Shown: piece after piece, positions 18,717-27,646 of the stretch
Layout: each line of letters begins with the position of its first letter
Numbering within the stretch: the first letter of the stretch is position 1
DNA from: an uncultured Planctomycetia bacterium
GTDB taxonomy: Bacteria > Omnitrophota > Gorgyraeia > Tantalellales > Tantalellaceae
Assembly: GCA_964527765.1 (NCBI GenBank)
Contig: CAZGQR010000001.1
Span: 118,353-182,352, forward strand
Length of the DNA: 64,000 nt
Direction of reading: 5' to 3'
Position numbers and translations under genes: made by a program
Notes under the pieces: model-generated
Seen by the model: the letters and a program-made list of their open reading frames with translations, nothing else
Databases searched by the model: none
What the model was told of the DNA's origin: nothing

Positions 18717-19937
18717 CTAGAAATTGATAATAGTCGATATCTTGAATATCGGCAGGAACATACAGATAACGATACCCCCTATTACTACGCCGAGAAAGGC
18801 TATGATAAGGGGCTCCATCAGGCTGGTCAGACCATCAACAGCGGCATCGACCTGACTGTCAAAAAAATCCGCGATCTTCGTCAGCATCTTTTCCAGCTTA
18901 CCGCTTTTTTCTCCTACGGCGACCATATGGGTAACGAGCGGGGGAAATAACCCGCTCTTTTCCAGGGGGCCGGCTATGCTTTCCCCTTCCCGCACGCTGT
19001 CTTTTACATCGTTGACGGATTTCTCTATAATTACATTGCCGGAAGTCTTGGCGACGATCTCAAGCGCGGAAAGTATGGGAACCCCGCTTTTCACCAGAGT
19101 GCTCAAGGTGCGGGTAAACTTGCTTACGGCGACTTTTTTGGATAACGGGCCGAGGATCGGAAGCCTCAGCTTGATACTGTCTATGTTCATCCTTCCCTTA
19201 TTCGTGCTGGCATACCATCTCACGGCGAGCGTTGCGGTAATAAGGATCAGGCAGAACAGCCAAAAATACTTTCGCGCCCAGTCGCTCAGATTTATCAGAA
19301 ATTGAGTGGGTCCCGGCAGGGCGGCTCCGAACCCGGAAAAAATATCCTTGAATACGGGGATCACCTTTAATATCATCACAAGCGTTATGATGACGGCCAT
19401 GGAAGTGACAACGGTCGGATAGATCATCGCTGATCTTATCTTCTTATTCAGGGCGCTGGTCTTCTCCAGGTATATAGCCAGCCTCTCCAGGACATTATCC
19501 AGCATACCGCTGGACTCTCCGGCTTTGATCATGTTCACGAAATAAGGGGAAAAAACCGAAGGATGCTTGCCCATCGCCTCGGAAAGACTTGCCCCCGTGT
19601 TAACAGAATCGCGGACATCCTGCAGCGTTTTCTTTAGCAAGGCGTTATCCACCTGCTCGACCAGCGTATCAAGCGAAGTGACAACGGTAATGCCGGCTTC
19701 CGTCATGGTCGCCATCTGCCGGGTGAATATCATGATCTCATCGTTCGGCACTTTTTTTCTGCCGAACAGCTTTGCCAAGAAAGATAACGAAAGCACATCC
19801 CGGGTCTCTTCAAGCTTGAGTATAAGCAAGCCCTTATCGCGCAGAATGCCGAGGGCATGCTGTTTGCTGGAGACTTCCATGTCCCCCTTTATGGTGTGCC
19901 CTGCCTTATCTTTTGCTATGTACGTGAACTTGGACAT
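18717..19937 (-). CDS. pilC: Type IV pilus platform protein PilC/GspF
   Basis: FTRQMATM, AGESSGML, AMIYP, VGEKSG, LMEP, MFLPIF. Confidence 0.95.
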   Translation of the reverse strand: MSKFTYIAKDKAGHTIKGDMEVSSKQHALGILRDKGLLILKLEETRDVLSLSFLAKLFGRKKVPNDEIMIFTRQMATMTEAGITVVTSLDTLVEQVDNALLKKTLQDVRDSVNTGASLSEAMGKHPSVFSPYFVNMIKAGESSGMLDNVLERLAIYLEKTSALNKKIRSAMIYPTVVTSMAVIITLVMILKVIPVFKDIFSGFGAALPGPTQFLINLSDWARKYFWLFCLILITATLAVRWYASTNKGRMNIDSIKLRLPILGPLSKKVAVSKFTRTLSTLVKSGVPILSALEIVAKTSGNVIIEKSVNDVKDSVREGESIAGPLEKSGLFPPLVTHMVAVGEKSGKLEKMLTKIADFFDSQVDAAVDGLTSLMEPLIIAFLGVVIGGIVICMFLPIFKISTIINF

Positions 19938-19946
19938 TCTTCCTTT

Positions 19947-21653
19947 CTACGTGACCCTTAGCACTTCCTCGAGAGTGGTCCACCCTTTTATGAATTTCGA
20001 CATCGCGTTATCGCGCAGGGTTTTCATGCCTTTCGAGGCCAGGTATTCCTTGATCTCCTTCTCGGGCCTTTCCCTGTTTATCATATCTCTTATCCGGTCA
20101 TCTACGAGCAAAGTCTCCAGGGTCCCCATCCGGCCGCGGTACCCTGTCCCGTCGCAGCTCGGACAGCCCCTGCCCTTATAGAACTTGTCCACGCTGCGGG
20201 CTTCCGGATATTTCTCCCTTATTTCCTTCAATACTTCCTTCGGGATCTCTTCCTCGACCTTGCAATCCGGACAGATCCTCCTAAGAAGCCTCTGCGCGCA
20301 GGCCATGACAAGGCTTGATGCGACAAGAAACGGCTCCACCCCCATATTCACAAGGCGCGTGATAGCCCCGGCCGCATCATTGGTATGCAGTGTGCTTAAA
20401 ACCATCTGTCCCGTAAGAGACGCCTTGATGGCTATATCGGCTGTTTCAAGATCTCTTATCTCCCCGACCATTATCACGTCCGGGCTCTGGCGGAGTACCG
20501 CTCTCAGTCCTCTGGAAAAATCCAGGCCTATCTCCGGACGGGCCGCTATCTGGGTTATCCCGGCTATCTGGTACTCCACGGGGTCTTCGATCGTGATGAT
20601 ATTCTTCTCCGGGATGTTCATCTCGTTGAGAATGGAATAAAGCGTGGTGGACTTGCCGCTGCCGGTAGGCCCCGTTACCAGTATTATCCCGAAAGGTCTC
20701 GAAATGGCTTCTTTGAAATCAGCCAAAGGCTCAGCTAAAAACCCGAGTTTTTCCAGCCCTATGGACAGATTGCTCTTATCAAGAGCTCTCAGGACGATTT
20801 TATTCCCGAAACTGATGGGAAGAACGGATACGCGAAAGTCTATTTCTCTGCCCTCCATCTTCACCCTGAACCTGCCGTCCTGCGGCATCCTGGTCTCCGT
20901 GATGTCCAGGGTCGACATTATTTTAAGACGGGCCAATATGGCGTTCTGGTTCTTTTTCGGCAGGTCGAATACATCATGCAGCTCGCCATCGATGCGGTAT
21001 CTGATCCGCATCGATCTCTCCTGAGGCTCGATATGTATATCACTCGCCCTCTTTTTTATCGCCTCGCTGATAATAAGGTCGACCATCTTGACAATAGGGG
21101 CCGCCGTGCTCTCTTCGGTTACATCTACCACCTCGGCTTTCCCGGCCCTATCAACGACCTCCACATCGCTTTCCTTCTCTCCTTTCCCTATAATAGCGGA
21201 AATGTCCTCCTCGCCTGCCTTATAAAAAGACCGGAGAGTTTCCTGAAGATCTCTGCGGGTAGCCAGGACGAGTTCCACGTCACAACCCGTGACCGTCTTT
21301 ATATCGTCTATCGCAAAAATATCGGTGGGGTCGGAAATGGCGATCGTCAGGAAGTTCCCTATCTTTGACAGGGGCACTATCGAATGCCGCCGTGCCAGCT
21401 TCTCGGGTACAAGCGACATGATCTGCTTTTCGGGGATGATCCTTGTGGTGTTGATGAGCGGAATGTCCAGCTCCTGACTTAATATGGTCAAAAGATCATG
21501 ATCCGAGATGATACCGCTTTCGGCGAGCAGGCTTATGACGTCACCGCCGTTCTTTTCCTGCGCTCTTTTCAGCACGGTTTTCAAGCGCTTCTTATCCACC
21601 CGTCCGCTTTCCTGAAGCGCTTTTAATATCCTATCCTTTAAAGACTTCTTCAT
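19947..21653 (-). CDS. pilB: PilB/GspE extension ATPase, copy 2
   Basis: ASDIHIEP, GPTGSGKST, TIEDPVEY, LRQSPD..VGEIRD, STLHTND, CPDC/CPSC; ATG at 21653 with SD. Confidence 0.93.
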   Translation of the reverse strand: MKKSLKDRILKALQESGRVDKKRLKTVLKRAQEKNGGDVISLLAESGIISDHDLLTILSQELDIPLINTTRIIPEKQIMSLVPEKLARRHSIVPLSKIGNFLTIAISDPTDIFAIDDIKTVTGCDVELVLATRRDLQETLRSFYKAGEEDISAIIGKGEKESDVEVVDRAGKAEVVDVTEESTAAPIVKMVDLIISEAIKKRASDIHIEPQERSMRIRYRIDGELHDVFDLPKKNQNAILARLKIMSTLDITETRMPQDGRFRVKMEGREIDFRVSVLPISFGNKIVLRALDKSNLSIGLEKLGFLAEPLADFKEAISRPFGIILVTGPTGSGKSTTLYSILNEMNIPEKNIITIEDPVEYQIAGITQIAARPEIGLDFSRGLRAVLRQSPDVIMVGEIRDLETADIAIKASLTGQMVLSTLHTNDAAGAITRLVNMGVEPFLVASSLVMACAQRLLRRICPDCKVEEEIPKEVLKEIREKYPEARSVDKFYKGRGCPSCDGTGYRGRMGTLETLLVDDRIRDMINRERPEKEIKEYLASKGMKTLRDNAMSKFIKGWTTLEEVLRVT

Positions 21654-21660
21654 GCCCTCC

Positions 21661-23385
21661 CTACTCCGCCCCTCTTTCAATAGTCGCGCGCAACACATCC
21701 TCAAGAGAGGTGATACCCTTTATGACGTTCTCTATGCCGTTCTCTCTCAGCGTGACCATGCCTTCGGACCTGGCTACTTTTTCGATCTCGGACTCCTGTG
21801 CCCGCTTGAATACAAGATCCTTTATTGCCGGGGTCAATCTCATGCACTCGATGATACCCGTTCTCCCCTGATAGCCGGACCCCGAGCACTTCTTGCACCC
21901 CCGCGGCTTGTAGATCCTCGGGATCTTGTTATTCTTGTCAAAAAGACCGTATTTGTCGGCAACTTCTTTCGGGGGCGTATATGGCTCTTTGCATTCCGGG
22001 CACAACTTTCTCAATAACCGCTGGGCCGCGATAAGCTCGACGGAAGCGGCTATAAGAAAGGTCTCCTCTCCCATGTTCACCATCCTGATGATCGATCCGC
22101 TCGCGGTATTAGTATGAAGCGTGCTCAGAACAAGGTGCCCTGTCAGTGCGGATTTAATGGCGATATCAAGCGTCTCAAAATCCCTTATCTCGCCGATCAT
22201 GATGATATCCGGATCCTGCCGCAGAATGGAACGAAGAGAACCGGCGAACGTCAATCCGATCTCATCGTTTATTGTGACCTGGTTGATGCCTTTAAGTTCA
22301 TATTCTACCGGGTCTTCGACGGTGACGAGGTTCTTCCCCGGATCGTCCACATGCTTCAATACGGAATACAGGGTAGTGGTCTTGCCGCACCCCGTCGGGC
22401 CGCACACAAGTATCATGCCGTGGGGTTTCGCGCTGGCGGTCCGGATCGTTTTTAAGTCCCGCTCCTTGAATCCAAGCCTGTCGAGATCTATCATGGCCTG
22501 TTCTTTATCAAGCACTCTCAGGGCTACTTTTTCCCCAAAACTGGAGGGTATGACAGAGACCCTGAAATCGATCTTCCTGCCTTCGACCTTTATCATGAAC
22601 CGCCCGTCCTGCGGCAGGCGCATTTCGGTGATATCAAGGTCCGACATTACCTTGATGCGGGATACCAGGGCCTGGTGAAATTTCCTGGGGGGAGCGTACC
22701 GCTCGCACAATACGCCGTCTATCCGGAACCTGACCCGGGAATTCGCCTCCATCGGTTCTATCAGGATATCGCTTGCGCGTTCCTTTACCGCCCTGCTTAT
22801 TACCATGTTCGTGAGTTTCACCACGGGGGCTTCTTCCGTTATCCGAAGAAGATCGCTGGAGGATATTTTTTCCTCTTCTTCTTCTGTCAGCATTTCCATC
22901 TGCGCGCTTTCCATATCGCTTACCAGGGCGCTGATCTCCTCGTCGGCCGATCTTTCATAATATCTGTGTATCGCTTCTTTTATGTCATCCTCGGCCGCAA
23001 CAACGGGGCTGATGTCCAGATTCGTCACTATCTTCAGATCATCGATCGCGACCACGTTAAGTGGATCGGCCATGGCAACGGTAAGCTGCTTTCCTACGCG
23101 TGAAACGGGCAATATCCGATAAGACATCGCGATTTTTCTTGGAATGAGTTCAAGGGTCTCCTTGTCGATCCGCAAAAGGGAAAGTTTAACGGGAGGGAAT
23201 CCGAGTCCTTCGCTGAGGGCGGTTAAAAGATCGCCCTTGGAAACCGCCTTCATCTCGACCAGGATATCGCTGAGGTTGCCCCCTTTTTCCGCGCATATCC
23301 CTCTGGCCTTTTTCAGGTCGTTTTCCGAGACAAGTTTTTTGCTGAGAAGAAGATCATAAATCTTTTTTGTCAGTGACAAGGCCAT
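21661..23385 (-). CDS. pilB: PilB/GspE extension ATPase, copy 1
   Basis: GPTGCGKTT, TVEDPVEY, LRQDPD..IGEIRD, STLHTN, CPEC/CKKC. Confidence 0.93.
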   Translation of the reverse strand: MALSLTKKIYDLLLSKKLVSENDLKKARGICAEKGGNLSDILVEMKAVSKGDLLTALSEGLGFPPVKLSLLRIDKETLELIPRKIAMSYRILPVSRVGKQLTVAMADPLNVVAIDDLKIVTNLDISPVVAAEDDIKEAIHRYYERSADEEISALVSDMESAQMEMLTEEEEEKISSSDLLRITEEAPVVKLTNMVISRAVKERASDILIEPMEANSRVRFRIDGVLCERYAPPRKFHQALVSRIKVMSDLDITEMRLPQDGRFMIKVEGRKIDFRVSVIPSSFGEKVALRVLDKEQAMIDLDRLGFKERDLKTIRTASAKPHGMILVCGPTGCGKTTTLYSVLKHVDDPGKNLVTVEDPVEYELKGINQVTINDEIGLTFAGSLRSILRQDPDIIMIGEIRDFETLDIAIKSALTGHLVLSTLHTNTASGSIIRMVNMGEETFLIAASVELIAAQRLLRKLCPECKEPYTPPKEVADKYGLFDKNNKIPRIYKPRGCKKCSGSGYQGRTGIIECMRLTPAIKDLVFKRAQESEIEKVARSEGMVTLRENGIENVIKGITSLEDVLRATIERGAE

Positions 23386-23396
23386 ACAGGCGCCTC

Positions 23397-23849
23397 TTAA
23401 CCGCGGGGTTTCTCGTAAAGTCTGTCCAGGGCTTCGTGTATAGATGTGACGGTACTGATAAAGACCTGGACCTTCTTTTTAGTCAACATTTCTACATCTT
23501 CGATCGCTTTTTCATTGAGCGGATTCGACATCGCAACCGTCAGGATATTCCCCATAACATCAAGAGGAACGATGCTGTATTGCCTGGCCACATTTTCCGG
23601 GACCACGCTCACGATCTCTCTTTTTAGCTCATAATTTTCAAGCGGGAGATAAGGAAAGCCGTACTGGACGGTCAGCGCCCGGACTATATCAAGCTCTTTT
23701 ACATACCCTAATTTTACAAGGATCTCCCCTAAAAGTCCTCCTTCGCGCTTCTGAAAATCAAGAGCCCGCTGCAGATTTTGCTCAGAAATAACACCGCCGC
23801 GGACCAGTATCTCTCCGAGTTTTTCCTTTACGCGTTTCTGGGGTGACAC
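23397..23849 (-). CDS. Stand-alone MshEN (T2SSE_N) protein, putative c-di-GMP receptor
   Basis: Tandem KLGEILVRGGVISEQNLQRALDFQ / LLGEILVKLGYVKELDIVRALTVQ, then LTVAMSNP subdomain; no ATPase domain. Confidence 0.85.
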   Translation of the reverse strand: MSPQKRVKEKLGEILVRGGVISEQNLQRALDFQKREGGLLGEILVKLGYVKELDIVRALTVQYGFPYLPLENYELKREIVSVVPENVARQYSIVPLDVMGNILTVAMSNPLNEKAIEDVEMLTKKKVQVFISTVTSIHEALDRLYEKPRG

Positions 23850-23900
23850 TTTTTTTCTCCTGACTTTAAATGTATCCGCAAATCAACGTCACGCGCGGTG

Positions 23901-24962
23901 CTATCCGATCAATTTGGTCAACTCCTCGACATCAGACGACCTTGATATCGCGTCATCATAGGTTATCAGGCCGGCCGCATAGAGCTCGGACAGGGCCTGG
24001 TTCATCGTTTTCATGCCGAATTTCTGGGATGTCTGTATGATGGAATATACCTGGTGTTCTTTGGCGTCCCTTATCATGCTTCTGATGGCCGGGGTCGCCA
24101 CAAGAACCTCGGTGGCCAGAACCATGCCGGGCTGCCCCTTATGCGGTATCAGGTGCTGTGAAAGGATGCCGGATAATACAAACGAAAGCTGTGTCCTTAC
24201 CTGTCCTTGCTGGTGAGCCGGAAACACGTCCACCATGCGGTTTATCGACTGTATGCTGTCCGAAGTATGCAGGGTGCCCAGGACCAGATGCCCGGTATCG
24301 GCAATGATCAAAGCCTGTTGTATGGTATCAAGATCGCGCAGCTCACCTATAAGAATAACATCCGGATCCTGCCTCAGCACATGCCGCAGGGCGTTGCTGA
24401 AAGAATGGGTATCCGCAAGCAGCTGTCTCTGTTCTATAATAGCTTTCTTATTTTCATGGACATACTCAATGGGGTCCTCGACCGTCACAATATGGCATTT
24501 CCGGCTATTGTTGATCTCTTCCACCATAGCCGCAAGGGTCGTTGATTTTCCGCTGCCGGTCGCCCCCGTCACGAGAACCAGCCCCTTCAGGGCCTTGCAA
24601 AAACTTTTCACCACTTCCACGGGCAACCCGCATTCCTCAATGCTCATGATACGGAAAGGTATCAGCCTTATAGCGCACCCGACATGACCCCGTTGAAAAA
24701 ATGCGTTGCATCTGTAGCGCCCCACATCCTCTATTGACAGGGCAAAGTCAAGTTCTTCTTCCTCTTCAAACTTCTTTATCTGCTCCTGGCTCAAAAGACC
24801 GTAAATGATCTCCTTGGCTTCCTTGGAAGACAGAACCTTATCCGCCACCGTCAACAGCTCATTATCGATACGGTAATGCATGGGCGCGTTCGCGCCTATG
24901 TGAAGGTCGGACGCCCGTTTTTCAGACATGTCCGTCAATATCTTTCTAATATCGTCTCTCAT
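23901..24962 (-). CDS. pilT: Retraction ATPase PilT
   Basis: ASDLHI, GATGSGKSTT, LRQDPD, AIRSMIRD (AIRNLIRE-like), GMKTM. Confidence 0.95.
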   Translation of the reverse strand: MRDDIRKILTDMSEKRASDLHIGANAPMHYRIDNELLTVADKVLSSKEAKEIIYGLLSQEQIKKFEEEEELDFALSIEDVGRYRCNAFFQRGHVGCAIRLIPFRIMSIEECGLPVEVVKSFCKALKGLVLVTGATGSGKSTTLAAMVEEINNSRKCHIVTVEDPIEYVHENKKAIIEQRQLLADTHSFSNALRHVLRQDPDVILIGELRDLDTIQQALIIADTGHLVLGTLHTSDSIQSINRMVDVFPAHQQGQVRTQLSFVLSGILSQHLIPHKGQPGMVLATEVLVATPAIRSMIRDAKEHQVYSIIQTSQKFGMKTMNQALSELYAAGLITYDDAISRSSDVEELTKLIG

Positions 24963-25012
24963 GTTTTTACCTCTCGCTTAATCGGGGTTTGAGCCCTTCC
25001 TCCGGGCCCGGG

Positions 25013-26425
25013 CTATTCCCCCAGCACTTTATTTTTGCCTTGTTCTTTGGCTTTCTTTACGTACTGCCGGGCCTTGGTGACGATCTCCTTCGCGCTCGCG
25101 CCGTCAATAGGATTTTCACCGACCCCGATGCTCGCAGTGATCCTGTCACTCGCCTCGGGCGAGATCTGCATGTTTTCTACCCTCTTGCGGATATTCTCGG
25201 CCAGCTCAAGGCTTTCCCTCTTATTCATCTCGGGCAGGAGTATCCCGAATTCAGCGCCATCGAATCTTGCGATTTTGCCGATCGGGGGTATGGCGGCGCC
25301 CAGAAGCTCACCCAATTGCCTCAGGACCTGTTCCGACTTTGACGCACCGTAATGGTCCGAATACTTTTCAAAGTCATCCACGTCTACGACTATCAGGGAG
25401 CATGGCCTCTGGTAATACACGGCCCTGCTGATCTCATCTTCCAGCCGTTCTTCAAGATAAGAAAACGTATAAAGTCCAGTAAGACTGTCCACTATCTCCA
25501 GGCTCTTCATCTTTCCGAACATCTGGAAACTCTGGTATCCAAGGATCAATTCTTTCTCAAAAGCTCTCAGGACCTCTATGTCCTCGTCGCTGAATCTGAC
25601 ATCCCCCCCGAAACCTCCCAATACGATAACCCCCGCAACATCGCTCTTTATCTTCATGGGGAACAGGACGACGTTCATCTGGTTCAGCTTTTCTTTCAAT
25701 TCCGCCTGCCAGGGTTTTTTCATCGGGCGAGAATCGGCCAAAAGATATTCATTGTCGGAAAAGAGTTCTTTCACGGAAGAGACCGCCGATTCGATATCGG
25801 CGGGGGCTATTTCCTTGCTGGAATTATTGAGAGAGGATTTCAGGGAATATTTTTGCCCATCCTCTTTCATCAAAATGGCGCAAAAACCGCCATATAGCTC
25901 TCCCGCTATCCTTTCTGCCGCAAAGTCGAGCACTTCTTTAAATTCCGCTCCCGAACTTATGAGGTCCCCTAATCTCATAAGATTCGTAAGGGTAAGGACC
26001 TTTCTGTGTATCTTGACGTTAAGGGCCGTCGTTTCCTTGCTGTATTTCTGCAGTTCGCCGAGATAGCTGCGCATCTTACCCGTCATGGTATTGACGGCGG
26101 TAGCTATATCTCCCAGTTCATCCTCCCTGCTGACCAGGATCTTTGAGGTGCCCCGCCCGTTCGCTATGATCTTCGTCTCGATAGCAAGGTTTATGACCGG
26201 AATCACGATATCCTTTGCCAGTATGTAGCCGGTCCAGGCGATCAACAGGGAAAACAGGGTGATAGCCGTTACCTGAAGCATATTTATTCCCGTTCCCGGG
26301 AACACATAGGTCACGACAAAATATACCATGACCAGGATAGGAATAAGGGACATAAGAGCAAAGGCGAGCAGAAGTTTATATTTCAAACTCTTCCTTCCGA
26401 GCCCCAGGAATTTAAAAAAACTCAT
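25013..26425 (-). CDS. Membrane HAMP-GAF-GGDEF protein with degenerate active site
   Basis: Two TM helices, REDELGD HAMP, GAF-like region, DSLTGL; signature reads DGAEF. Confidence 0.85.
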   Translation of the reverse strand: MSFFKFLGLGRKSLKYKLLLAFALMSLIPILVMVYFVVTYVFPGTGINMLQVTAITLFSLLIAWTGYILAKDIVIPVINLAIETKIIANGRGTSKILVSREDELGDIATAVNTMTGKMRSYLGELQKYSKETTALNVKIHRKVLTLTNLMRLGDLISSGAEFKEVLDFAAERIAGELYGGFCAILMKEDGQKYSLKSSLNNSSKEIAPADIESAVSSVKELFSDNEYLLADSRPMKKPWQAELKEKLNQMNVVLFPMKIKSDVAGVIVLGGFGGDVRFSDEDIEVLRAFEKELILGYQSFQMFGKMKSLEIVDSLTGLYTFSYLEERLEDEISRAVYYQRPCSLIVVDVDDFEKYSDHYGASKSEQVLRQLGELLGAAIPPIGKIARFDGAEFGILLPEMNKRESLELAENIRKRVENMQISPEASDRITASIGVGENPIDGASAKEIVTKARQYVKKAKEQGKNKVLGE

Positions 26426-26496
26426 AAAATCCTCCCAATGGCTTATATGAAATAAAGTTTCCGGTTTCTTTTGGCATAACCACCGACGTTAGATAA

Positions 26497-26525
26497 ATAA
26501 TACACTAAGTGTATTTAAAAGTCAA
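26497..26525 (-). promoter_or_regulatory. sigma70 promoter of the GGDEF-pilT-MshEN-pilB-pilB-pilC unit
   Basis: TTGACT-17 nt-TATTAT. Confidence 0.6.
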
Positions 26526-26548
26526 AATACTCTTTGCCGGCAGTATCT

Positions 26549-27646
26549 CTAACGGTTCGCTCTTCGGCCTATGCTGAGCAAAAATCCTACGCTTATGAGG
26601 GTGGCAACGGTATTGGAACCGCCGTAGCTTATGGCCGGAAGCGGCAGGCCGACGACGGGCATAAACCCGATCGTCATCGATATGTTCACTAAAACCTGGA
26701 AAGCTATTAATGTCACGATCCCGGCGGTTATGGCCCTGCCGTAGATGTCGCCGGCGGCCGACATGATCTTTATCCCCCGCGCTATTACCAGCGCATATAA
26801 TGCTATCAATGCAACGGCGCCGATAAGGCCCCATTCTTCCCCGATCACGGAAAATATGAAATCCGTGTGCCTTTCCGGAAGAAATTTGAGGTAACTTTGT
26901 GATCCGTTCAGCCATCCTTTTCCGAACACGCCGCCGGAGCCTATCGCGATCTTTGACTGTATGATAGTATATCCGGCACCGAGCGGATCCAGATTCGGAT
27001 TTACAAAAACCATGAGTCTTGTTTTCTGGTAATCCTTTAGCAGGGTCCAGAAAAAGGGCAGACCCGCCAGCGCTATTGCCGCGCTTGAAACCAGATATTT
27101 TATCTTTTCGCCGCATATGAACAACATGGAAAAAAGCACAGGAATAAGCACAAGGGCCGTCCCCAGGTCCGGCTGGAGAAAGATCAACATTACGGCGGGC
27201 ATTACCAGCGCGACAGCGCTTATGTAATTTTTAAGCGTTCCTATCCTTTCGCGTCTCTCGCCCAGGAAAGCAGCCAGAGCCAGGATCACGGTTATTTTCG
27301 CGAACTCCGAAGGCTGCAGGGAAACCGGCCCCAGATCTATCCACCTCTTGGCGCCGTAATGTTCGCCTCCGAACAAGAGAAGAAAGACAAGAACCGCCAG
27401 GTTCAGGCCGTACACAAGATAAGCAAAATTCAGGATCTTCAGGTAATCCATATTCGCGACCGCAAGCAGAAGAACAAACCCGACTGCCACCCATATGCAT
27501 TGTTTTACCACAAGAGCGTTCAGGGCGCCGGTAGCCCTGTCCCATGTTGCGCTGTAAATAAAAACGATCCCGAGAAAAGAGATCAGCGTGACAGCAAGCA
27601 ATAAGACCTTATCCGTTTCTATCCATCCTCTTCCGGGTTTTATCAT
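26549..27646 (-). CDS. rodA: Rod shape-determining SEDS protein RodA
   Basis: GAKRWI, QPSEFAK, QPDLGT, LPERHTDFIF, SYGGS; follows mrdA. Confidence 0.96.
   Translation of the reverse strand: MIKPGRGWIETDKVLLLAVTLISFLGIVFIYSATWDRATGALNALVVKQCIWVAVGFVLLLAVANMDYLKILNFAYLVYGLNLAVLVFLLLFGGEHYGAKRWIDLGPVSLQPSEFAKITVILALAAFLGERRERIGTLKNYISAVALVMPAVMLIFLQPDLGTALVLIPVLFSMLFICGEKIKYLVSSAAIALAGLPFFWTLLKDYQKTRLMVFVNPNLDPLGAGYTIIQSKIAIGSGGVFGKGWLNGSQSYLKFLPERHTDFIFSVIGEEWGLIGAVALIALYALVIARGIKIMSAAGDIYGRAITAGIVTLIAFQVLVNISMTIGFMPVVGLPLPAISYGGSNTVATLISVGFLLSIGRRANR

Noticed and set aside
11307-24962. Interpreting the locus as a type II secretion system
   Set aside because: PilT and PilMNOP indicate a retractile type IVa pilus, although a secretion role for one ATPase cannot be excluded
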